From positions 1-57,729 of IMG/VR virus record IMGVR_UViG_3300042465_001383: a stretch of DNA of 57,729 bases; one strand, 5' to 3'. The translations under genes were made by a program, and so were the position numbers. The DNA is from a virus. Its lineage: Duplodnaviria; Caudoviricetes. Below the pieces are notes generated by a model. The model had not been told where the DNA came from. It saw only the letters and a program-made list of their open reading frames with translations, and did not search any database. Shown here in pieces: positions 1-8,445 of this stretch (position 1 is the stretch's first letter; the number at the start of each line of letters is the position of its first letter).

Positions 1-33
1 AGAAGCATTTGGTGCTATTGTAATCTTAGTCAT
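1..33 (-). CDS. 5' fragment of a tail-fibre-like protein (MTKITIAPNAS...), truncated by window edge
   Basis: ATG at 33 overlaps the end of the upstream ORF, with a GGTGGA SD-like element; runs off the window. Confidence 0.6.
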   Translation of the reverse strand, partial: MTKITIAPNAS

Positions 34-454
34 GTATTCCACCATGTAGTTGGATGTACTGGATAGCCCTCGCCATAGTCGCAACGGACTCGTCTAGGTT
101 GTCTATCGCAAGATTGCATCTGGTGCAAAGTAGTCCGCGCAACCTGCCCGTCTTGTGGTTGTGGTCAACGCAAAGAACATCGAACTTTCCATTGCAAATC
201 TCACACTTGCCACCAAGAAGGTTGTACCTGTCTAGATACTCTTCGTAGGTAATGGCGATGTTCTGCCTAGCCCAGATAACCTCTCGTATTTTTCCACTCT
301 GCTTCTCTTTGCCATAGAACAGCTTGCGTTTTTTGTTCAAGCAGTCTTTGCATTGTGGCTTAACACCACTGGGCCGTTCTGGCCTTTTGTGGTAGTCGCT
401 GTGAGGCTTAGTGATGCCGCACCCGTTACAGAGTTTATGCTTCATCTTTTCCAT
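26..454 (-). CDS. Endonuclease VII-family (HNH-like) free-standing homing endonuclease
   Basis: N-terminal CxxC..CxxC; C-terminal CEIC...VDHNH.TG..RGLLCxxCN motif; ATG at 454 overlaps the tail fibre stop. Confidence 0.85.
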   Translation of the reverse strand: MEKMKHKLCNGCGITKPHSDYHKRPERPSGVKPQCKDCLNKKRKLFYGKEKQSGKIREVIWARQNIAITYEEYLDRYNLLGGKCEICNGKFDVLCVDHNHKTGRLRGLLCTRCNLAIDNLDESVATMARAIQYIQLHGGIHD

Positions 455-1959
455 CAAACAACAGTCCAAACTGATCCACTGGGGATGGTTACAACAACGC
501 CGCCGTTGATCGTCACAGGCCCAGCGGTCATAGCATTGTTTCCCGCCGTGATGGTATAGCTGGCCGTTACGGTCTGGCCGTTCTCGAAGAATATTGCGTC
601 ACTTCCGCCACCCGTAGCGCCCCCACCAACGCTGCCCCACGCGGTGCCGCTGTAGCCCTCAAACTTGCCAACTGTTGTGTTGAAGCGGAAGTAGCCAGCG
701 GCAGGAGAACCATCGCGGTTACCTGTAGTGCTGGCGGGAATAACCGCCGACCCAATCGAAGATGTCCTGACCACGCGGCTGTCGATCTGGGTCTGAATGG
801 CGCTCGTAACGCCGGAAACGTAGCCCAGTTCTGTGTCCGTGGTGGCCGACACCGCAACCTTGCCGGAGGCGTTTGAGATGACCGCCCTAGAGGCCGTCAG
901 GTCGCTTCCTGTGATGGTCGTGGCCGCGCCCGTGATGGTGGCCTGCGCCCCAAGGTTTGTCCGCGCCGTGGGGGCGTCCGAGGCCCCTGTGCCGCCATCC
1001 GCAACCGCGAGGTCGGTGATCCCAGAGATTGTGCCGCCATTGATGGTGGGAGATGTCAGCGTCTTGTTGGTCAGGGTCTGGCTGCCCGTCAGGGTGACGA
1101 CCGTGCCGTCAATGCTGAACGTAGTGCCTGTCAGGGTCAGGCCCGTGCCAGCCGAGTAGACCGCAGTTTCCGCCATCAGCGCAAACGTGATGTTTGTCGT
1201 GCCGAAGGTAATGGTGCCAGCCGTGTTGCAGACATAAAGCTGGCCTGCGTAGGTGCCTTGGCTGACGAAGAAAGCATCGCCCTGCCCAAGGGCTGTGGGG
1301 CTGGACGGCGCATAGGTGTTGGCGTCCGTGGCGCGGGTCATCACCCAGTTGGTGCTGACAGAGCCGACATCCGTCACGGTGTAGACGCCGTTGGTGGTCT
1401 GGTTGACAGACTGGTTTACCAAGATGCGGTCGGCCACAGACGCCGTGACGCCGCCAATAACCAGTGCCGCCTGCGTCCCAGAGTTTGTCAACGTGGCCCC
1501 GACACCCGCAGTGCCGTTGTTGTAGGTGGCGGTCAGCGTTGCGATTGTCGCAGCCCGAACGGGCGCGTGGTAGTGGACGCCAGCCGCCGCAATGGTATCA
1601 ACGTATTCCTTGGTGGCCGCTTGAAGACCCACTGACGGGTTGGCGTTCAGGAGAAGCGCCCCCGTCATGGTGCCGCCAGCCCTTTGCAGCGCCCCATCGG
1701 CCAAGATGCCCTGCGCCGCCGTGGCGTAGGCAGTTGCGTTGGTGGTCGCGGCAGTGCCAAGGCCAAGGTTGGCCCGCGAAGTGATTACGCTATCGACATC
1801 GGAAAGGTTGTTGGCAGACCGCAGGAAGCCCGAAAACGAAAAGTCCTGCATTTGGTTTAGGGTGACCCTGACCGAGGTTCCGGCCTGAACGGCTTCAAAC
1901 AGTTCATTGCCGTCAAGCCCGATGGCAGCGGGGAGGTTTGGGATTTGAATAGATGCCAT
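454..1959 (-). CDS. Tail fibre protein
   Basis: Thr/Gly/Ala-rich; NNLSD..RANLGL, AATKEYVD, RILV..Q..NGVY, GGTGAS..ARTNLG, FRFNTT..FEGY.G..W fibre motifs. Confidence 0.85.
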   Translation of the reverse strand: MASIQIPNLPAAIGLDGNELFEAVQAGTSVRVTLNQMQDFSFSGFLRSANNLSDVDSVITSRANLGLGTAATTNATAYATAAQGILADGALQRAGGTMTGALLLNANPSVGLQAATKEYVDTIAAAGVHYHAPVRAATIATLTATYNNGTAGVGATLTNSGTQAALVIGGVTASVADRILVNQSVNQTTNGVYTVTDVGSVSTNWVMTRATDANTYAPSSPTALGQGDAFFVSQGTYAGQLYVCNTAGTITFGTTNITFALMAETAVYSAGTGLTLTGTTFSIDGTVVTLTGSQTLTNKTLTSPTINGGTISGITDLAVADGGTGASDAPTARTNLGAQATITGAATTITGSDLTASRAVISNASGKVAVSATTDTELGYVSGVTSAIQTQIDSRVVRTSSIGSAVIPASTTGNRDGSPAAGYFRFNTTVGKFEGYSGTAWGSVGGGATGGGSDAIFFENGQTVTASYTITAGNNAMTAGPVTINGGVVVTIPSGSVWTVV

Positions 1960-2039
1960 CAGATCAGTCCTGCCATTGGGGCTTCTGCGTCACCATACAA
2001 CAAACACTGGTGGCTGTCACGGTTCTGTTCGGGTGTCCC

Positions 2040-2564
2040 TTACGAAGAGACGCCCTTGATGATGGCGAAGTTGACAATGGGGGTGTCAGACGCAGTGCCA
2101 GCAACTGATGCCATCGTAATTTCAAAAGAGGTGGATGCCGTAATGGCGCTGACGGACGCCACATAGGTGTTTGTGGCCCCACGCACAGACAGCACCACGG
2201 TGTCGGTGGCCGAGATGCCTGTGTTTGGTACGGTGAAGGAAAAATACGTCCCAACCACGGCTGACGCGGTAAAAAGCGTGATGGCCCCAGTCTTCTTGGC
2301 CGAAGTTGTCGGGGTTTGTGTTGTGCGGCTGGTCAATTGCGTGACAGCCACACCAGCGCCCGTGGCATAGCCCACACCGCCCGAACCTGTGGACAAGATG
2401 CTGGTTGATGCCGTGACGGTGGTAAAAACCCCAGAAGAAGCTGAAGCCGCAATGATCTGGCTTAGGCTGACCTTGACAGAAGACCCGCTCTGGACAGCTT
2501 CAAATAGTTCAGTCCCCGACAATCCAACGGCAGCGGGGAGGTTGGGTATCTGTATCGACGCCAT
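2040..2564 (-). CDS. Short fibre/spike protein sharing its N-terminal anchor with the 454..1959 fibre
   Basis: Same MASIQIPNLPAA.GL.G.ELFEAVQ.G.SV start; beta-rich C-terminus. Confidence 0.75.
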   Translation of the reverse strand: MASIQIPNLPAAVGLSGTELFEAVQSGSSVKVSLSQIIAASASSGVFTTVTASTSILSTGSGGVGYATGAGVAVTQLTSRTTQTPTTSAKKTGAITLFTASAVVGTYFSFTVPNTGISATDTVVLSVRGATNTYVASVSAITASTSFEITMASVAGTASDTPIVNFAIIKGVSS

Positions 2565-3070
2565 TAGATCGGTCCTGTCTCTGGAACTGTCGTGTTATCA
2601 TACGGCACATCTGCCACAGTTTCCAGCGGCGCGGTTTGTGCTGCGGGATCGGTACCAGGCTGTTCGTTTAAGCTGCCATTGGCAAAACCAGTTTGCTGCG
2701 TGACGCGGTTGTTGTCGTTTTCGGTGATACGGAAATCACCGCCAGGCACGGTGATGCCCGTCTTGGCGTTGACCGTGCTGCCCTGCGTCATGCGGTAATC
2801 CGTCTCCGCCTGAATGAAGTATTCGGGGCGGGCGTTCATAATTACGGGCGGATCGGCGGGCAGTACGATGGCGCGAAGCTGTTGCTGCGGCGTGTCCATG
2901 CAGGGATCGCACACCAAGATGCGCTTGTTGATCAGCGCAGCGCCAGCCCAGTCGAACTGCCACGACAGGTCCACATGGTTATACCGCCCCCCACACCGAT
3001 CACATATGGCGTGGGCCTGCGGGTTCTTTGTGCTTGTCCTTGCCTTACCAGACCGCGATGCGTAGCTCAT
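2564..3070 (-). CDS. Conserved virion-module protein with Zn-finger (CDRC...CDPC)
   Basis: Start re-called to ATG 3070 (MSYASRSG), overlapping the upstream stop; two CxxC pairs. Confidence 0.7.
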   Translation of the reverse strand: MSYASRSGKARTSTKNPQAHAICDRCGGRYNHVDLSWQFDWAGAALINKRILVCDPCMDTPQQQLRAIVLPADPPVIMNARPEYFIQAETDYRMTQGSTVNAKTGITVPGGDFRITENDNNRVTQQTGFANGSLNEQPGTDPAAQTAPLETVADVPYDNTTVPETGPI

Positions 3071-3747
3071 CGGAAGTAGCCCCCGATCATTGGGCTGATG
3101 TAGGTGTTGACGGCTTCCACGTCTTGATCTGCGGCGATCTGGTAGCTCTCGTCGGCCTGCGCCTTTAGCGCCACGGCCATCTGAGGCTGCCAGATGCGGG
3201 CCAGACGGTAGGCCAGACCATCCGCAAAGCATTCCAGCCAGCGGTAGGGAATTTCTACATTTTCGCCATTTTGCAGGTTGGCGTCTTGGACCTGCCGGAC
3301 GCGATAATACTTCAGGGTCGTGGCCGAGGAGCCGTCCGGCACGGGCCACAGCGTGATCGTGGGCGAGATCAGGCGGTCAAACCAGTACGATGTGGGGAAG
3401 CCCTGCTGGGTCTTGTTGGGGTAGGAAGCGTATTCCGTGCGCGAGATCGGCATAATCACGCGGTCAGGCCCGCTGTCCGTGGTCGTGTAGGCGTCCAGCA
3501 CCATGATAGTGTTTCCATCAACGGCGTAGGTGGTCTGGCCCTGTATTAGCGGCTCCGTGACCAGATCAACGGCCCAGAGGTTGACCCCTTGGTTCGACCA
3601 CCGCGACAGCATCATGTTTGTCGCCATGCGGGCGCTTTCCATATGCTCTTGCAGCACCGCAGCCGGACGGACCCCGATGTTCTGGTAGGCATACAGGACA
3701 ATTTCGCCCAGCGCCGGATTGAACGCATATGTGCCGCTGGTGGTCAT
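3067..3747 (-). CDS. Head-tail adaptor / tail tubular-like protein
   Basis: MTTSGT start; ISR.EY...PNK..QG.P....DR....ITLWPVPD pattern typical of podovirus adaptors; structural context. Confidence 0.65.
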   Translation of the reverse strand: MTTSGTYAFNPALGEIVLYAYQNIGVRPAAVLQEHMESARMATNMMLSRWSNQGVNLWAVDLVTEPLIQGQTTYAVDGNTIMVLDAYTTTDSGPDRVIMPISRTEYASYPNKTQQGFPTSYWFDRLISPTITLWPVPDGSSATTLKYYRVRQVQDANLQNGENVEIPYRWLECFADGLAYRLARIWQPQMAVALKAQADESYQIAADQDVEAVNTYISPMIGGYFR

Positions 3748-3787
3748 CTGATCAACACTTCCATGCTTTTAAGGACAGCGTAACGCA

Positions 3788-4285
3788 TTACTGAACCCTC
3801 CACTTTCCCACAATTTCACCAGTCTTACGCATCTCTGTTAGCCTTGATTGTGCTAAATCCTGAAAGTTTTGATTTCTTGCAGCGTCCGTGATGCACGGGT
3901 GCAGTCTACCATGTTCTGCAGCAGAAAGAATGCGAAGATTTCCCCAGTGGTTGTTTTGATGGTCCCCATCCATGTGGTCAACTTGCGACCCCTCAAACAG
4001 TTCGCCGACAAAGGCCTGTGCCACAAGCCGATGAACCAAAAACGATTTGCAACAAACGTTTCTAGGCGATCCATCGCGTAGCTTAACTTCAACATAAGGC
4101 AAAGTTCTACCTGTCGCTGAACGTTTTTTGACAGACAAAAGCATGATTTTTTCTGGAACAGGAACCATGCTGCCTGATCTGCCACGACGAAAGCGCGCCA
4201 AAGATTTGACGCGACCGTGATCGCTTACAGCATAGCGGCCATCATAACCATGAATTGGCACCCAGCGTTCGTCTAGCAGTTCCAT
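3788..4285 (-). CDS. NUMOD4-HNH homing endonuclease
   Basis: W.PI.GY.GRY.VSD.GRVKS (NUMOD4) and VHRLVA.AF...VDH.DG...NN...NL (HNH). Confidence 0.92.
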   Translation of the reverse strand: MELLDERWVPIHGYDGRYAVSDHGRVKSLARFRRGRSGSMVPVPEKIMLLSVKKRSATGRTLPYVEVKLRDGSPRNVCCKSFLVHRLVAQAFVGELFEGSQVDHMDGDHQNNHWGNLRILSAAEHGRLHPCITDAARNQNFQDLAQSRLTEMRKTGEIVGKWRVQ

Positions 4286-4527
4286 GCTTTTCTTGCCTTT
4301 CTCAGCCTGCTGTTTGGATCATCAGCAGCATCTGGGAACATCTTAGCTTGTCCGGCGCTCCTAGCACAGAAAGACTTCTTGCGGGCAGCGTCTTTTTCGG
4401 TCTTGGGTGACGGCGCAGGCGGTTTTAGGTTGTGGCCCTGCGCCTTGGCCGATGCCCTGCCTTTGGCGTTTAGGCCTCCAGCAGGGTTTTGTCCTTCTTT
4501 ACGGGTCCAAGCTGGGGTCTTCGCCAT
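4273..4527 (-). CDS. Small basic conserved phage protein (DUF6321-like)
   Basis: AW.RKEG.NP.GGLNAKGRAS...RKKSFCAR...DPNSR....KAWNC motif. Confidence 0.75.
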   Translation of the reverse strand: MAKTPAWTRKEGQNPAGGLNAKGRASAKAQGHNLKPPAPSPKTEKDAARKKSFCARSAGQAKMFPDAADDPNSRLRKARKAWNC

Positions 4528-4756
4528 TCTTCACCGCCAATCCCATTGCTGCAAGAGCATCAAGGCCATTCATGCCTACAACCACATTAACACGATCTGG
4601 CTGTGCTTGGATAGGATCAGATGTCGTGTAACCATCCAGTGGCCCAGAAGCTACCTGATAGTCGGTTGTGCCATCCGTCCAGATCGGCGCAGTGGCCGGA
4701 TCAACATTGGGATCGGTAAAGGTAGGCGGGCAAGCTATCGTTGTGACTTCCATCAA
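4499..4756 (-). CDS. Hypothetical acidic protein downstream of head-spike fibre
   Basis: ATGA overlap with the upstream stop; overlaps the next start. Confidence 0.55.
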   Translation of the reverse strand: MMEVTTIACPPTFTDPNVDPATAPIWTDGTTDYQVASGPLDGYTTSDPIQAQPDRVNVVVGMNGLDALAAMGLAVKNGEDPSLDP

Positions 4757-6456
4757 TAAGCCCCTGTTTCGCCGTTGACCCAGCTTTCGGTAGATGTGAT
4801 CTGCCCGTCCGTGAGGTTAGCCCCGAAGCGCACGATCAGGCTGTAGAGGCGACCATTGAATGGGTTTGATGTTCCTGCGCGGCGACCAATGTAGATCGGA
4901 TAAGCGAGGAAGTTTCCTGTGCCTTGTGACGTTGTATCTGTTACCAATTGAATGCCGTTTGATCGCAAAATAGAAGAAGGCGCTACAATATCCCCAAGGC
5001 CAGTTAAAACATTAGTTGATGGAGCCGGTATGCCTCCGGCTGTAGCATTAGCTGATGATGTGCCTCTGCTAGAAAAAGTTGCTCCTGATAAAGCAAGGGA
5101 AGGGAAACGAAAGCCAAATATCCCCGGCTGTGAGGTTCCGTCACCAAGTTCTACCAGCATTCCAGAAGCAGAGTCACTCAGCTTCCGCGCCCCAGCAAAC
5201 ACCTGCGCCTTGTTGATGCCCGGTGTGATCGTGGGTGTGACCATGCCGTCATCCACGCCGTCAAAGGCAAGGTAGGATGCAGACTGAACGCCAGCCTGCG
5301 TTACTTCGTACTGCGACACGACCTTCTGGTAGGCTGTGGCTGTGGTAGAAGCTTCAAATTGTGGTCTACCAAGCAAGAAGGAGCCACTAGCTGCCGTGAC
5401 TCGCCACTCGATGTTTGCAATTAGTGACCCGCCAGCAGGTGCCGAAACAAGCGTGTAGATACGCCCAGTGCCAAAGACTACGCTTGTCGTGCTAGTGAAG
5501 CCGCTTACGGCAGAAAAAGCCCCCGTCGACGGATCAATAGATGCGACGTGAGTGGCACCAAACCCCGTAGCGCCGTTCTCAAACACGACGTTGATGTTTG
5601 GTGTCGCACTCTCAAGATAGAACGACAGAGCGTAAGGCTGACCACTCGTCAATCCTGACCGAGATTGCCTGATGCCGCCATTTGCAGATGTGACAGTAAT
5701 TAGGCCAAGACCAAAGGCGTATGGGCTGGTCGTGTTGGTGCGGGTCGACGTGCCTAAGACTGCTGCCGCCCACGGAGATACAGTGAAGTTTTCCGTCTGC
5801 AACAGCAGATTGCGTGTCCCCGTGATGGGGTTGATCCCGTAAATAGGACGCTGCGTGGAGGTGGCTTGTGTGGCGTGGTTGCCTGCGAGGAGTTTGACGG
5901 AGATGTTGTCGATAGTGGCTGTAACAGCCCCACCGTAAAATTCCACACCGCGTGCCGTGATGGCCCCACCCAGAACCAGCACCGACTTTCGGCCTGCGGC
6001 CATCGCCGCGCCCGTCAATTCCGCGTATGTCGTGAAATTACCACCCACTGTGATACGCAAAGCGCCAGATGTGTAACTTACAACGTCAAAGTCCACCCGA
6101 TACCATCGGCCAGAAACCGAGGTTACTGCCCCACCATACACACTTCCAGACGTTGATGCTGCTACCGCCTGTCCGCCTGTAATCGTCCACCCTGATGTAA
6201 TCGTCCACCCAGTCCCAGTCGCAAAATCACCATTCGTGACCAACTCAGACCCAAGCACCAGCCCCTGAGACTTATCCAGCATCAAGCCGACAGTCTGGTT
6301 GGGGCCAGTTACAGGCGTGGTTCCTGCGCTGTCCTGAAACAGTGTGGTTAGGTCAGAGGGGTCGTACCAAGCGCCCGGTTCTGAAGCTGCAAAGAGGGAA
6401 GCGGGGGACGAAGATGCCCCACCGCGCACAAGGTTCATGCCAATCCCTACAAACAT
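4753..6456 (-). CDS. Head spike fibre-like protein (RcGTA Rcc01080/GhsB-like N-terminus; LamG/carbohydrate-binding modules)
   Basis: LF...E.GAWYDPSDL.TLFQDSAGTTPVT...Q.VGL.LDKS..GNHATQ and FDGVDD motifs; follows the spike-base gene. Confidence 0.7.
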   Translation of the reverse strand: MFVGIGMNLVRGGASSSPASLFAASEPGAWYDPSDLTTLFQDSAGTTPVTGPNQTVGLMLDKSQGLVLGSELVTNGDFATGTGWTITSGWTITGGQAVAASTSGSVYGGAVTSVSGRWYRVDFDVVSYTSGALRITVGGNFTTYAELTGAAMAAGRKSVLVLGGAITARGVEFYGGAVTATIDNISVKLLAGNHATQATSTQRPIYGINPITGTRNLLLQTENFTVSPWAAAVLGTSTRTNTTSPYAFGLGLITVTSANGGIRQSRSGLTSGQPYALSFYLESATPNINVVFENGATGFGATHVASIDPSTGAFSAVSGFTSTTSVVFGTGRIYTLVSAPAGGSLIANIEWRVTAASGSFLLGRPQFEASTTATAYQKVVSQYEVTQAGVQSASYLAFDGVDDGMVTPTITPGINKAQVFAGARKLSDSASGMLVELGDGTSQPGIFGFRFPSLALSGATFSSRGTSSANATAGGIPAPSTNVLTGLGDIVAPSSILRSNGIQLVTDTTSQGTGNFLAYPIYIGRRAGTSNPFNGRLYSLIVRFGANLTDGQITSTESWVNGETGAY

Positions 6457-6457
6457 C

Positions 6458-6721
6458 TCAGTACAGAGCCACGATGCTGGTTGCAGTGGTGCCAGTGGCG
6501 TAGATGCGGGTCACTTGAATGGGCAGCAACGTGCCACCCTGAACGCCCACGAACAGGACGGAAGAGCCACCATCGGCCATATCAACGGTGAGGTTGCCAG
6601 CCGCGCCAATGTAAAGCGCACGGGTGGGCTGAACGTAGATGGTAGCATCGCTGGTGGTTACCGCAGAGGCGCGGTGGGCCGACACCGTGGCGTCAGCGGA
6701 AAGATATGCGGCGGTTGCCAT
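6458..6721 (-). CDS. Head spike base protein (RcGTA Rcc01079/GhsA-like)
   Basis: A.AVT.SD.....PTRALYIG.AGNL.V.M......F..V..G..LPI.V.RI.ATGTTAT.IVAL family signature. Confidence 0.8.
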   Translation of the reverse strand: MATAAYLSADATVSAHRASAVTTSDATIYVQPTRALYIGAAGNLTVDMADGGSSVLFVGVQGGTLLPIQVTRIYATGTTATSIVALY

Positions 6722-6768
6722 TTTGTCGTCTCCTGTGAGATGGAAGGGGCCGTTAAGCCCCCCCTCTA

Positions 6769-6945
6769 TTACTTCACTTTGGCGGCGGCTGCCGACATCA
6801 ATGGCATACCATGAACGGCCTGACCACCAACGACATTCTTGCTGCCAGTGGTGACGTGGGCGCTGGTATCTTCCGACTTAGAAGGTTTCCCCACCGAAAC
6901 GGTGGTGTTGACCTTCATCGCGGGCTTTTTGTTACCTACACGCAT
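6769..6945 (-). CDS. Small basic protein, 58 aa (MRVGNKKPAMKV...AAAAKVK), not in ORF track
   Basis: TGATG overlap with the upstream stop; open frame to TAA at 6769; followed by a GC hairpin. Confidence 0.6.
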   Translation of the reverse strand: MRVGNKKPAMKVNTTVSVGKPSKSEDTSAHVTTGSKNVVGGQAVHGMPLMSAAAAKVK

Positions 6946-7403
6946 CAGGGCAGATCGTGCGCTTGGATGTAACGTACGGTGATCGTACCAACGCCAGTGC
7001 CAGTGTTGGCTGACAAGACAAAGATGCGCTTGTCGGTGGTGCCAATGTCATCCCAGTTTGCGGTGCGCGTTGCGTCCGTGCCTGGGTTCAGGGCAACCAA
7101 ACCAATGGCGCTGCCTGCACCGCCAACAACAAGTTCAGTTGCAGTGGCGCTTGTGCCAATGCTAAACGTGGTCGTTGCGCCGTTCCAAACCGTGGTGACC
7201 AGCATCTGGATGTTCAGGACGTGGCTGTTGGCCGGAAGCACAATGGTTGTACCCAGCGCGGTAGCGGTCAAAGCTTGGGTGATCGGGTAGGTCTGCGCCA
7301 TGACGACCGAGCCAACGTTCTTAACGTCTTGGCCGAGGGTGGTGCCGGAGGTGTTGAGGATGTTGCCCGCGCGGATGGGGCCAGTGAACGTAGTCTTACC
7401 CAT
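6945..7403 (-). CDS. Capsid decoration-like protein
   Basis: First gene after MCP; MGKTTFTGPIRAG start (re-called from 7433); beta-rich. Confidence 0.6.
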   Translation of the reverse strand: MGKTTFTGPIRAGNILNTSGTTLGQDVKNVGSVVMAQTYPITQALTATALGTTIVLPANSHVLNIQMLVTTVWNGATTTFSIGTSATATELVVGGAGSAIGLVALNPGTDATRTANWDDIGTTDKRIFVLSANTGTGVGTITVRYIQAHDLP

Positions 7404-7410
7404 GTTGGGT

Positions 7411-7470
7411 TCCTTTGCACGATGTGGCCGCACTGTCTGTGCAAGGTCCGCTGGGCGCGGTCAGGGCGGC
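7411..7470 (-). ncRNA. Candidate Mu-gpT-DE-like structured RNA element downstream of MCP
   Basis: CCUUGCAC/GUGCAAAGG stem plus CCGCGC/GUGCGG pseudoknot-type pairing; position matches the described motif context. Confidence 0.45.
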
Positions 7471-7481
7471 AATAAGACCCA

Positions 7482-7509
7482 GAAGGAAAGAAGGGGGCCG
7501 AAGCCCCCT
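7482..7509 (-). terminator. Intrinsic terminator after MCP
   Basis: AGGGGGC-UUCG-GCCCCCU hairpin followed by UCUUUCCUUC. Confidence 0.75.
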
Positions 7510-7521
7510 CCATTTAGTTGT

Positions 7522-8433
7522 TTACGAGGGGGTTGAGCCAAAGATGGAGCGCCAGTTATAGTATGCGAACGAGTAACGCTCGTAGCCTTTAACCAACAAG
7601 TTATCTGTGACAAAATCCACCTGCATATCTGTTTCAAACTTTACGCGCTCCATATATGAAAGCCCGTCAATGTTTGTCAGAAGGAACCAAGCCGATGCCG
7701 AAGTGAAGAAGTCGTTCACCATGTAGCCCTCTGGCAGACCGCCAGCGGTGGACATGATCGCGTTCACATCGTTGTCAGCAGTGCCAGGGCGCAGTTCCGT
7801 CTTTGTCAGGCGGATTGCCACTGGTTCCAGTTGCGGCGGGACAATCAACTTCCGGCCACGGGCGAAGACCTTCAGGCCTGCCTGATCTTTGAAGTTGGTA
7901 CGAATGGAGATCATGCCGTTCAGCAGGGTCGATTCGTTTAGTTCCACTTGGGTCGTGGGGGTGTTCGCAACCGTGCCACCGTCGATGGGGTGTGCGGTCG
8001 AGAGCAGTGCCACACCGTCACCACCGATTGACGCGTTGTAGGTCGTCGCGGTGTTGAAGATGTTTGCCGCGTAGATTTCCTTGGTCTGCTGGAAGCTTTC
8101 GATCAGACCGAGGTTTGACGGCTGGAACTGTGTTTTGTACAGGTTGTCGTCGATGGCCTTGCGAGTGATCGCGTAGCCCAGACCGATTTCGACGTGTTCT
8201 TGGTTGTAGATGTAGCGTTCGCCAGCGCCGTTGTCGAAGGAGGTCTGGCCGCCTTCGGTCTTCAGTTGTGCGAAGCCCAAGAAGCGCATCTCAGCGGTGC
8301 GTTCCAGCGCCATCTTCGAATTGTGCTTGGTGAACATCTTGTCGTACTGAGATGGGATCATCTCGTACTTGCCCTCAATCCCACGGAGGCCGGGGAGCAG
8401 AAGGTCTTTAATCGCAGAAAGATTAACAGCCAT
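7522..8433 (-). CDS. Major capsid protein (Mu gpT-like)
   Basis: LLPGL....G..Y, GY.IT..AI.DNLY, GDGV.L.S.AHP, KLIVPP.L, GTADND.N, ERYSF...WR..FGS signatures. Confidence 0.93.
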   Translation of the reverse strand: MAVNLSAIKDLLLPGLRGIEGKYEMIPSQYDKMFTKHNSKMALERTAEMRFLGFAQLKTEGGQTSFDNGAGERYIYNQEHVEIGLGYAITRKAIDDNLYKTQFQPSNLGLIESFQQTKEIYAANIFNTATTYNASIGGDGVALLSTAHPIDGGTVANTPTTQVELNESTLLNGMISIRTNFKDQAGLKVFARGRKLIVPPQLEPVAIRLTKTELRPGTADNDVNAIMSTAGGLPEGYMVNDFFTSASAWFLLTNIDGLSYMERVKFETDMQVDFVTDNLLVKGYERYSFAYYNWRSIFGSTPS

Positions 8434-8445
8434 TTCTTATGCTCC

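Noticed and set aside
454-2564. Diversity-generating retroelement or invertible fibre switch
   Set aside because: No reverse transcriptase or invertase; the repeat is N-terminal, direct and not adenine-specific
3752-4291. Group I intron around the NUMOD4-HNH
   Set aside because: Almost no non-coding flank for a ribozyme core, and the upstream gene ends intact
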